DNA from: Acidobacteriota bacterium
GTDB taxonomy: Bacteria > Acidobacteriota > UBA6911
Length of the DNA: 64,000 bases
Direction of reading: 5' to 3'
NCBI GenBank assembly: GCA_963664705.1
Contig: OY761556.1
Span: 160,001-224,000 of the forward strand
Shown: piece by piece, positions 29,465 through 38,165 of the stretch
How positions within the stretch are numbered: the first letter of the stretch is position 1
How the letters are laid out: the number at the start of each line of letters is the position of its first letter
Notes under the pieces: generated by a model
What the model was told of the DNA's origin: nothing
The model's database searches: none
What the model saw: only the letters and a program-made list of their open reading frames with translations
Program-made: the position numbers and the translations under genes

Positions 29465-30895
29465 TTATCTTCCGCGCTTCACCAGCTTAATCGTCTGAAG
29501 CGTCGTATACTCCTCGAGCCCGTAGCGGCCGAATTCCACGCCGATTCCGGATTCCTTGACTCCGCCAAAAGGGGCGTTGGGCTGAATGGCCGCGTGATCG
29601 TTAATCCAGGCAGTTCCGCACTCCAGCCGGCCGGCGAGCTCTTTTGCCTTGTTTAAATCACTGGACCAAATGGAGCCGCCTAATCCGTAGCAGCTTCGAT
29701 TGGCTCTTTGAATCGCATCCTCGACATCGGAATATTTGATGATCGGGAGAATAGGGCCAAATTGCTCTTCATCGACAAGCCTTGAGCCGTCTTCAATGTC
29801 TGCAACCAGCGTGATCGGAAAAAAATATCCCGGGCCTTGCATTGGTTCACCGCCACAGAGGAATCGTGCCCCCGCTCTCCTGGAGTCCTCGGCCAGCGCG
29901 CAGACGAAATCCAGTTGATCTTTGTTTTGGAGCGGGCCGAAATCCACATCTTCCAGAAGGCCATTGCCGACCTTCACCGTCCCGGCAATCGATGCCATTT
30001 CCCTGCCTATGGCTTCGTATATGCTTTCATGAACATACAGCCTCTTCAGACAGGCACAGGTTTGCCCGCTGTTGTGAAATCCCACTCTGAAAAGCTCTGG
30101 TGCAACCTCTTTCGGATCCACATCCGGAAGCACAATACCGGCATCGTTTCCTCCCAGTTCCAGCGTGCATCGTTTGAGGCTCGCTGCCCCATTTTTCATG
30201 ATGCTCTTCCCGGTCGGCGTTGATCCCGTGAAGACGATCTTTCTGATCCCGGGATGGCTGGCCATCGCGCTTCCAATGCCGTTTTCGGCGGTCAGGATGT
30301 TCAGCACTCCCGGCGGTAGGATTTCATTGGCAAGTTCCACAAATCGCAGTGTTGCCAATGGAGTGAGGGAGGAAGGTTTGATGATGACTGTGTTGCCGGA
30401 TCGGATCGCCGGCATCATGTGCCAGATCGCGATCATGAGGGGCCAGTTCCATGGAGGAATGGAGCCCACAACGCCAATGGGTTTGCGATAGGCCTCTACG
30501 CGGGCTTCTGCATTGTCTTGAATAAGGTCCACCGGGAGCGCCAATTCGGCCGTTGCCCGGGTCCAGCCGACCGCGCCTCCCAACTCCATGCCGGCTCCGA
30601 TTCCCTGGTACCCTCTCAGCGGCTTTCCACTCTCCCGGGTCAACAATTCCATCAACTCCGCACTGTTTTTTTCGAGAATATCCGCCAAAGCGTTCACTTT
30701 CGCCTTGCGCGTGTTGTCTTCCTCTGACCTCCAGGATGCAAAAGCGTTTTCCGCGGCGTCGACCGCCTGGTCCAGGTGAGTGCTTTCTGCTGCCGGGCAT
30801 TGGGCAAAGACTTCGCCCGTAGCCGGATTGCGCACTCCAAACGTTCTCTGTGTGGATATCTTTTTGCCGTTGATGATCAGTCCGTATGTACTCAT
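29465..30895 (-). CDS. NAD(P)-dependent aldehyde dehydrogenase
   Basis: PWNWP, FTGST, LELGGND, GQTCAC, EEQFGP, PFGGVKESG. Confidence 0.96.
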   Translation of the reverse strand: MSTYGLIINGKKISTQRTFGVRNPATGEVFAQCPAAESTHLDQAVDAAENAFASWRSEEDNTRKAKVNALADILEKNSAELMELLTRESGKPLRGYQGIGAGMELGGAVGWTRATAELALPVDLIQDNAEARVEAYRKPIGVVGSIPPWNWPLMIAIWHMMPAIRSGNTVIIKPSSLTPLATLRFVELANEILPPGVLNILTAENGIGSAMASHPGIRKIVFTGSTPTGKSIMKNGAASLKRCTLELGGNDAGIVLPDVDPKEVAPELFRVGFHNSGQTCACLKRLYVHESIYEAIGREMASIAGTVKVGNGLLEDVDFGPLQNKDQLDFVCALAEDSRRAGARFLCGGEPMQGPGYFFPITLVADIEDGSRLVDEEQFGPILPIIKYSDVEDAIQRANRSCYGLGGSIWSSDLNKAKELAGRLECGTAWINDHAAIQPNAPFGGVKESGIGVEFGRYGLEEYTTLQTIKLVKRGR

Positions 30896-31020
30896 AACCG
30901 GTTTCTCCGCATTTCAGGATAGGGGCTTTGTCTTGGCGCCGAATGGCCAGACAGTCGTGATTGCAAGCTGAAGACGAAAGCGCATTTGCGATACCGCCTC
31001 ACCAGGGAACTTCTGTAAAA

Positions 31021-31067
31021 TGGACAAAATATAATAAAAAATAACAAAAGCAATTAAAATATAACAA
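31021..31067. promoter_or_regulatory. 10-bp-phased repeat array between ALDH and the AEC transporter
   Basis: TGGACAA, ATAATAA, ATAACAA, CAATTAA, ATAACAA at 31021, 31031, 31041, 31051, 31061. Confidence 0.55.
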
Positions 31068-31226
31068 TAGAGCTGGCGAATTGGGTTGTGGGAAAAGAGA
31101 ACGGATATAGAGTTTGAACCGGAAACTGTCTTGGATTGCGCAATATTGATTCCCTGCGGCCGGATACCCATTACAATAGGTATTCGAGCTCGCTAAAAAT
31201 CGGAGCAGAAAGCGGGAAATGGGGGA

Positions 31227-32147
31227 ATGAGCCTAGCCTTTATCTGGAGTATTTTTGTCAGCAATCTGCTGCCCATTCTTCTGTGTGCCGGGACAGGCTT
31301 TGTATTGGGTCGAACGATCCGACCGGATATCAAAACCGCGTCGCATCTGGCCTTTTTTATATTCAGTCCCTGCCTTGTTTTTGTTTCTTTGACGCACGTG
31401 GCCATTCCGGCTGCGGAATTTTCCAGGCTGGCGCTGTTCACGGTTGCAGTGACTCTTGTGATAGGGGCCTGTGCATTCCTGACTGGGAAAGTTTTGCGGG
31501 TTGAAAGGCATTTGCTGGTGAGCCTGATGGTTTCGTCCATGTTCGTGAATGGAGGGAACTATGGTCTTGCCGCAACAAAGTTTGCTTTTGGTGAACAGGC
31601 CCTGGCGCGGGCAATGGTGTGTTTCGTATCCGGGACTGTCGCTATTTACACTCTGGGTGTGTTGCTTTCGTCTATGGGAAAGCTGCCGGTATGGGATGCT
31701 TTTCGCCAGCTGTTGAAGGTCCCGGCTGTCTACAGTATTCTTGCGGCGCTCCTGGTCCTTCGGACAAATATCCGGGTGCCGCTGTTTGTCGATCGCTCGG
31801 TGACTCTTCTGGGGGATGCATCCATTCCTTTGATGCTGGTGATATTGGGGCTGCAAATTGCCCAGGCGCGCATCTGGCCGCGCGGACGGCTCCGGCTGAT
31901 CTCAAGCGCGGCATTTCTGCAACTCGTAATGACTCCACTGGTCTCGCTTCTCGTTGCGCATTTTATGGGGATGACCGGTGTATCCCGCCAGGCTGCAGTT
32001 TTGATCTCCTCAATGCCTGCGGCAGTCGTAACCACTGTTCTGGCTGTTCAGTATGATTTGGATGGCGCGCTGGTGAGCGGGACCGTTGTCATAACCACTC
32101 TTTTGAGCCCGATCACTTTAGCGCCCCTTATCGCCTATTTGACCTGA
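31227..32147 (+). CDS. AEC-family transporter
   Basis: FSPCLVF, NGGNYGL, PLMLVILG, MPAAV, TTLLSPITL. Confidence 0.9.
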   Translation: MSLAFIWSIFVSNLLPILLCAGTGFVLGRTIRPDIKTASHLAFFIFSPCLVFVSLTHVAIPAAEFSRLALFTVAVTLVIGACAFLTGKVLRVERHLLVSLMVSSMFVNGGNYGLAATKFAFGEQALARAMVCFVSGTVAIYTLGVLLSSMGKLPVWDAFRQLLKVPAVYSILAALLVLRTNIRVPLFVDRSVTLLGDASIPLMLVILGLQIAQARIWPRGRLRLISSAAFLQLVMTPLVSLLVAHFMGMTGVSRQAAVLISSMPAAVVTTVLAVQYDLDGALVSGTVVITTLLSPITLAPLIAYLT

Positions 32148-32158
32148 TTCTGATTCCA

Positions 32159-32791
32159 GTGCCGGGAGCCTATGCCTTGAATGCCGGTTGCATCGTAATC
32201 GCTGGTGGCAAAAGCAGTCGCCTGGGGCGCAATAAGCTTGCCGAGAGTGTCGGCGGTGCCACGCTGTTGCAGCGCGTTGTGGATACGATGTCTTTGTTTG
32301 GCCATGAGGTCATTATTGTGGCCTCGCATGCATCCTTGCTTCCTGAGATTGTTTCGTCGGCCGAGGTTAGAATTGTTCGGGATGTATATCCGGATAAAGG
32401 CACGCTGGGCGGAATTTATACAGGCTTAATGGCTTCTTCCTCATTGCGCAATCTTGTTGTTGCCGCAGATATGCCCTTTTTGTGCGTCGACCTTTTGAGA
32501 TACATGCTGGACATTGCTGCGGGCGTGGACCTGGTGGCCTATCGGGAAGGGGAACAATTTGAACCTCTTCATGCCGTGTATTCGAAGGATTGCCTGGCCG
32601 GCCTCGAGGAAATGCTGAAGCTTCAGAGCGTTCGTCTGATTGAGATCCTGCGCTTCGCAAAGACGCGCTATCTAAGTCTCGATGAAATTGATCGATACGA
32701 CCCTCAACACCTCAGCTTTTTTAACGTTAATGTTGAGGAGGATCTGCAGCGTGCACGGGATATTGCGGTGCGAGGCGCCAGGAACGATTAG
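32159..32791 (+). CDS. mobA: Molybdenum cofactor guanylyltransferase
   Basis: IAGGKSSRLGRNK, GTLGGIYTGL, ADMPF, EPLHAVY, FFNVN. Confidence 0.9.
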   Translation: MPGAYALNAGCIVIAGGKSSRLGRNKLAESVGGATLLQRVVDTMSLFGHEVIIVASHASLLPEIVSSAEVRIVRDVYPDKGTLGGIYTGLMASSSLRNLVVAADMPFLCVDLLRYMLDIAAGVDLVAYREGEQFEPLHAVYSKDCLAGLEEMLKLQSVRLIEILRFAKTRYLSLDEIDRYDPQHLSFFNVNVEEDLQRARDIAVRGARND

Positions 32792-33201
32792 CGCGACGGG
32801 ATGGTTTGCCTGCCGGCCCTATAGTTGTCGATGCCCTCATTTAACAGTTCTATCAGTCCTTTCACTTTGATCTGCAATTCCTCTCCATTGCATCCCAGCA
32901 AATCATAGAACGCCTGTTCAGGCGTGGCTCCCGCTTCCTCCAGCGTCTTTCCCTTCACCAGAGTGCACAATACTTCCACCGCCACATTGGCAGTCGGTTC
33001 GCAGGAGCACTGGTACCGGATGTCGTCGATTCTGTTCTCTTTTACCATCATGAAGAGGTGGATATAGTTGCCGGTGTTGCCGCAGTGAACCATCCGTTCA
33101 CCCACGGTTTCAGCAAAGATCGAGGGATTCTCAAAAGAACCGAAATTTTCGAAATCCGCCTTGATCAGACGGCGGTAATACCTGACGACTGCTTCCTCCA
33201 T
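32788..33201 (-). CDS. IscU/SufU-like scaffold or sulfur-acceptor protein (atypical)
   Basis: NFGSFENP, HCG, IDDIRYQCSC, VKGKTLEEA; follows a SufS-like gene. Confidence 0.78.
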   Translation of the reverse strand: MEEAVVRYYRRLIKADFENFGSFENPSIFAETVGERMVHCGNTGNYIHLFMMVKENRIDDIRYQCSCEPTANVAVEVLCTLVKGKTLEEAGATPEQAFYDLLGCNGEELQIKVKGLIELLNEGIDNYRAGRQTIPSR

Positions 33202-33234
33202 GCAAACCTTTCACTCCCCGGCTAGCCGCGGGTT

Positions 33235-34683
33235 CTAGATGTAACAGCGTTCCTGAAAGATTTCGTCCAGCGATTCCAGAAATACGCTGCACTCCTCAAT
33301 TGTATTATAGAGATAAAAGGAAACCCGGTAGATCATCCGATGATCCCTGAAAGACTTCGGTCGCAGCCATCCCTGGCCATAGCGACGATTGAAATAGGAA
33401 TGGACGCAAAAAACGCCGTCCCGGATCATGATGTTGCTTTTTCGGCTCAACTCATCGGCAATCCCGACCGCATTGGGCCGCTTGACCTCAAAAGTCAGGA
33501 TGCCCGCCCGTTGTGACGCGTCTTGAGGTCCCAGTATTTTCAGCCAGCCTTCCTCTCCATACCGGTTCAGCAATCCGTCGGTCAGGAATTGGTTTAGTTT
33601 TGTTTCGTGGGCGCCGATCCGTTCCATCCCCAGTTGCTGAAGGTATTCCACCGCAGTCCCTGCGCCAATCTGTCCTGAATAGTTCTGTATCCCGGCTTCA
33701 AAACGTTCAGGCGCCGTCAGGAGATTATAGGTGCCGTAGCTTGTATCGCTGACAGTGCCTCCGCCAAGAATTGCGGGTTCGAGAATATCTCCGATAGTTG
33801 GGCTCTCCTCCTGCGGTCCCTGGCCGAGCAGATCCGCCTTGGCATAGAGGATTCCGACTCCCCTTGGTCCACACATTTTGTGTAGAGAGAAGGCCAAAAA
33901 ATCGACGTCCAAAGCCTGGACGTCCACAGACTGATGCGGCACTCTCTGGGCTCCATCCAGCAGGACGCGCGCTCCGTATTGATGGGCGAGTCTAATGACG
34001 GCGTCGGCAGGAATTGAATATCCGGTCATATTGGAGGTATAGGCCATGCTCACCAGCCGAATCCTGTTTTCCTTCAGCTTCTGCTCGTATGCGGCCAGGT
34101 CAAAGCATTCATCCAGTGTGGAATCCATGGATAAGACGCTGATTAATCCCGATTTCTGCAGGCGAAGCCAGGGAAGGAGATTGGAGTTGTGTTCCTTGTC
34201 GCCCAGAAGCACAACATCGCCCGGGCGAAAATTGAAGCCAAGCGCGACAAGGTTGATGGCCTGGGTCGTGTTCGAGGTAAAGATGATCTCTTTATCGGAG
34301 GCCGCATGAATGAAATCGGCGACACGCCGTCGAGAGCCCGCGATGCCCGCGCCCGCATCGCCTTCGATGCGGCTCGTAACCTCGTCCGCAAACCAGTGGT
34401 GGCTCCTTCTGCCACCGCAGGCGGGGTAGCTGGAATAATACTCTGTTATCGAATCGATCACCGGTTGCGGTGTTAGAGTTGTACAGGCGTTATCCAGGTA
34501 TACCGGCGGTTTCCCGTTGCGGCTTTGCGACAGGGCAGGGAAGTCAGTCCTGTGTTCTTCGAGAGTAGCGTAGATTTTTAGAGGTTTCATGGCCTGCGGT
34601 TTTTGCCGAAGCCGTTCAAGCTCCGGCGGTAAAGGAAAGCCCTCCGAATACTGCGGGAGGGCTCTCCGTTTTTCAGGCAACAA
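33235..34683 (-). CDS. Class V aminotransferase, SufS-type cysteine desulfurase (start uncertain; alternative ATG at 34590)
   Basis: YLDNA, EHNSNLLPW, DGAQ, SLHKMCGP, RFEAG, RDGVFCVH. Confidence 0.9.
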   Translation of the reverse strand: MLPEKRRALPQYSEGFPLPPELERLRQKPQAMKPLKIYATLEEHRTDFPALSQSRNGKPPVYLDNACTTLTPQPVIDSITEYYSSYPACGGRRSHHWFADEVTSRIEGDAGAGIAGSRRRVADFIHAASDKEIIFTSNTTQAINLVALGFNFRPGDVVLLGDKEHNSNLLPWLRLQKSGLISVLSMDSTLDECFDLAAYEQKLKENRIRLVSMAYTSNMTGYSIPADAVIRLAHQYGARVLLDGAQRVPHQSVDVQALDVDFLAFSLHKMCGPRGVGILYAKADLLGQGPQEESPTIGDILEPAILGGGTVSDTSYGTYNLLTAPERFEAGIQNYSGQIGAGTAVEYLQQLGMERIGAHETKLNQFLTDGLLNRYGEEGWLKILGPQDASQRAGILTFEVKRPNAVGIADELSRKSNIMIRDGVFCVHSYFNRRYGQGWLRPKSFRDHRMIYRVSFYLYNTIEECSVFLESLDEIFQERCYI

Positions 34684-34706
34684 ATGATCACTGTCGATGC
34701 TTCGCG

Positions 34707-37379
34707 CTATTTCCTGGCTGCAAGCGCCTCTTTGATTCTCTTGGGCGTTGCCGGCAAGTCAAACACTCTTGCACCGCATGCATTGTAGATTGCATTGATG
34801 ACTGCGGGCGCGGTGGAAACCATTGTCATCTCGCCCACTCCCGTGGCTCCCAGAGGACCGTTATAGCGCGGAGTCTGAAGGGTGATCATTTCCACTTCAA
34901 ACATGTCGCGAATAGTCGGGAATTTGAACTGGACGTAGTCTTTTTCTTTGCCCAGCGTGTATTCTTCCCTGAGAGCATAGCCGACTCCCTGGTCCATTCC
35001 GCCTTCCAGCTGTCCCTCGAAAGCATGTGGATTGATCACCGTGCCGCCATCGACGCAGACCGTCATTCTCAGAACTTTGGCTGCGCCGGTTTCGGTATTC
35101 ACTTCAATCTCGGCCATCTGAATATTGTGGCATTCGGATACCTGGGCGTTCCCCTGTCCGGTTTTCGGATCGAGACCGGCCGGGCCCGGGTTTTTCTGAA
35201 TACCGTCGTAGCGGAATGGTTTGCCCGCCTTCTTCAAAGCTTCATAGGTTCTCGCCCCGGCTTCTTTTGCCGCGCCTTCCAACGCTGCAATCGCGGCCAG
35301 GAGTGAGTGCCCCGCCATGAACGTCATACGGCTGCCGGCTGCGGGCCCCATTAACACGGTTTTTTTCGTGTCGCGGATGTTCAGCCGCACCCTGTTTAGT
35401 GGGAGTTTGAGTTGATGGGCGGCTATCTGTGCCAGCATGGCGTCATTGCCTTCGCCTGGGTCGGCAACCGCAGCCCAAATCGTGACTCCATCATCCGGAT
35501 CAATCTCAATGGACATCTGGGCGGAATCACCCGCGCCACCAACTCCGAATGAATGAGCTGCAATGCCTACGCCGCGTTTAAGCGGGCCCGTATTCTTGGC
35601 ATTGAATTCCTTCGCCGCCTTGTGGGCTCTGTCATAGGCAGGTTTGATTGCATCGCAAACCTCAACGAAGGTCCACTCCTTGGCCACCATTCCCGTAGAT
35701 TTGGTTCCGCCCGGTTTGAGCGAATTCATGCGGCGGAATTCCAATGAGTCAATTCCGAGCTTTTCAGCCAACATATCCACTGCAACTTCCGTGGCGAACG
35801 TTGTCTGCGGTGGCCCGGCGCCCCGCGCCGAACCGGTGTAGGCATTATTGGTATAGACCGATTTGCCCATCACTTCCAGATTCGGAATGTCATAGGATCC
35901 CGACAGCATCATGATAGAGCGTCCAAGCAGAACCGGACCATTGAGCGTATAGGCGCCTTTGTTCATTAACCAATCGCAGAACAGAGCGGATATATGGTTG
36001 TTCGCATCCGCAGTGAGCTTCGTTTTGACGTGATAGGAATGCCGCTTGTTGCAAATCAGAATCGATTCTTCAAGGCTCGGGATATACCGGATCGGGCGGT
36101 GGAAATGAATCGCCGCCGCCGCCGCGACTGCTTCTGACGTAATCCAGGTCTTGATGCCGAACTGACCGCCGGAGAAGGGTTCAACATACCGCATCTTGGG
36201 GTAACCCAAAGCTTCCTTCAGCTGATTCAAATGGAAGTGAATGTTGATGCTTCGCCCGGCAACAACCAGTTCCTCGGCCTCCCCTTCGCCTTCAAAATAG
36301 CAAACACAGGTTTCCGGTTCCAATGGCGCCTGGTGATTGGTCTGGGTTGTGAAATATGCTTCGACCATGGCCTTGGATTCTGCCAAGGCCTTCTGGGCAT
36401 CACCCTTCAGAATGGGCTGCTTTGCGCAGATGTTGTCCGGCGCATGCTGGTGAAGAATGGGAGCCCCCGGAGCCAGTGCCTCTTCCGGTTCGAAAATGGC
36501 CGGCAGCGTTTCATAGACTACCTGCACCTTTGCCATTGCGGCATCGGCGCGGGCTTTGGTATCCGCAGCCACGATTACAATCGGATCTCCGAGGATTTTA
36601 ACTCTCTCATCGCAAAGGACGGGTTGATCCGGATGGACTTGGCGGAGACGATTGGTTCCTTTGATGTCCGCGGCACGGACGATGCCCGCTACGCCCGGCA
36701 TCTTTTCCGCCTCGGAGGTGTCGATGGATTTGATCAGAGCGTGAAATTCGGTGCTGCGGACAACCGAGATTTCCAGCTTGTTGGCCGGAAGCTGAATGTC
36801 AGCACCGAAATTGGCAGTTCCACAGGCTTTCGCCATGGATGTCGGCCGTTCGTGGGACACGCCCAGCATCGCGGTTCCGAGATTTTTGCGAATCTCCGCG
36901 GGCGATGTTTCCTTGCGAATAAAGCGGCCCGACAATTGGACTGCTTCTACAATTTTCTTGTACCCCGTGCAACGACATAGGTTCCGGGAAAGAGCCTTTT
37001 TGATATCTTCGACGCTGGGATTCGAATTCTTATCCAGTAGTGCCTTTGCCGCCATGATCATTCCCGGCGTACAGAATCCGCACTGAATAGCTCCCGACAG
37101 TACAAAAGCTTCCTGAATCAGGTGAGGATTTGCCGGTGTTCCAACTCCCTCAATACTGATGATGTCGGCGCCTTCCAGGCCAGTCACCTTGGTGATGCAG
37201 GACCGAACCGCCTTCCCATTGACGATTACGGTGCAGGCTCCGCATTGTCCCTTTCGATCGCATGACTGCTTGGTCCCTGTCAAGTGCAGGTCCTCGCGCA
37301 GCAGATCAATCAGGACCATGTCCGGGTTAGCCTGGACTTCCTGTCGAACGCCATTAATTGTAAGCGTTACCTTTTGCAT
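34707..37379 (-). CDS. Xanthine-oxidase-family (MOP-like) aldehyde oxidoreductase, 2x[2Fe-2S] + Moco
   Basis: CGAC, QCGFCTPG, CRCTGY, GGQFG, RGAG, AGSR, GVGE. Confidence 0.94.
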   Translation of the reverse strand: MQKVTLTINGVRQEVQANPDMVLIDLLREDLHLTGTKQSCDRKGQCGACTVIVNGKAVRSCITKVTGLEGADIISIEGVGTPANPHLIQEAFVLSGAIQCGFCTPGMIMAAKALLDKNSNPSVEDIKKALSRNLCRCTGYKKIVEAVQLSGRFIRKETSPAEIRKNLGTAMLGVSHERPTSMAKACGTANFGADIQLPANKLEISVVRSTEFHALIKSIDTSEAEKMPGVAGIVRAADIKGTNRLRQVHPDQPVLCDERVKILGDPIVIVAADTKARADAAMAKVQVVYETLPAIFEPEEALAPGAPILHQHAPDNICAKQPILKGDAQKALAESKAMVEAYFTTQTNHQAPLEPETCVCYFEGEGEAEELVVAGRSINIHFHLNQLKEALGYPKMRYVEPFSGGQFGIKTWITSEAVAAAAAIHFHRPIRYIPSLEESILICNKRHSYHVKTKLTADANNHISALFCDWLMNKGAYTLNGPVLLGRSIMMLSGSYDIPNLEVMGKSVYTNNAYTGSARGAGPPQTTFATEVAVDMLAEKLGIDSLEFRRMNSLKPGGTKSTGMVAKEWTFVEVCDAIKPAYDRAHKAAKEFNAKNTGPLKRGVGIAAHSFGVGGAGDSAQMSIEIDPDDGVTIWAAVADPGEGNDAMLAQIAAHQLKLPLNRVRLNIRDTKKTVLMGPAAGSRMTFMAGHSLLAAIAALEGAAKEAGARTYEALKKAGKPFRYDGIQKNPGPAGLDPKTGQGNAQVSECHNIQMAEIEVNTETGAAKVLRMTVCVDGGTVINPHAFEGQLEGGMDQGVGYALREEYTLGKEKDYVQFKFPTIRDMFEVEMITLQTPRYNGPLGATGVGEMTMVSTAPAVINAIYNACGARVFDLPATPKRIKEALAARK

Positions 37380-37593
37380 TTTTTCCCCTTGTTCGTATGT
37401 TCACCATCGTGATCTACAACGACTGCCAATCTCCGATGTCAACCAGAAGCATCCCCAGGATTTCGTAACTCGTTTGATCTATAAATCATTGTTGATGCTG
37501 ATCTTTCGTCGATTGCGTTCGCAGCCGGCTGTTCGTCTAACCTCAGCTTTCGCAGGTTGACTGGCAAATATTATAGACACCTATGGAAAAATA

Positions 37594-37610
37594 ATAACAA
37601 AAAATAACAA
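37594..37610. promoter_or_regulatory. ATAACAA direct repeat at 10-bp spacing
   Basis: ATAACAA at 37594 and 37604, upstream of the minus-strand MOP gene. Confidence 0.55.
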
Positions 37611-37681
37611 AAAAAGTGTAATAGTCCAAAATATGGGTATATTCATTGTAATGGTCACGTTCATGATAATCAGTCTTCCTG

Positions 37682-37876
37682 ATCTCCCTAATGACCGGAC
37701 CGCTGGCGGCCATAGGAGTGCCGGGTGCCGCCGGACCAGCCTGACCGGGTTATGTCCGGATTGGCGCCCTGATTCACGGCAGCGGTGTCAGCGCCCGCAC
37801 CGGAGGATTCGGTGGAGTGCAAGGAATCCGGCGTGTTGCGGATACCAGGGCCGGCAAGAGCCGCCTGGGTGCATAA
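37682..37876 (+). pseudogene. Internally deleted remnant of an AOR-like gene paralogous to 19772..21793
   Basis: Reads ISLMTGPLAAIGVPGA/RTSLTGLCPD, RIGALIHGSGVSARTGGFGGV and GIRRVADTRAGKSRLGA*, matching the N-terminal, middle and C-terminal segments of that protein. Confidence 0.85.
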
Positions 37877-37993
37877 GCCGGCATCGTCCTGATCAGGTGA
37901 TGGTCAAAAGGCGGGAGAATGGAATGTAATCCACTTCCGCCTTTCCCCCTGGAAGAACTCCTACGGCTTTGTTCACTGTTCGTTTGAAAAATC

Positions 37994-38031
37994 CACACAA
38001 AAACGAACAAAATACGGATAAAAAATTACTA
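37994..38031. promoter_or_regulatory. Degenerate phased repeats upstream of the plus-strand MOP gene
   Basis: CACACAA 37994, CGAACAA 38004, ATTACTA 38025. Confidence 0.4.
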
Positions 38032-38165
38032 TTTAAAACCCAAACCGCTGTTGGCTCTGACCGGCCCGAATGGGGTACAATAGGCGGGCTTTTGCCTGGA
38101 CCGGACTGGGAGATTGCACAGCGTATCCGGCCGCGGAAGCCCATATACGAGACGAGGATGAACAC

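Noticed and set aside
37633-37929. 98-aa ORF as a real gene
   Set aside because: It crosses the AOR remnant mostly out of frame; better explained as pseudogene sequence.
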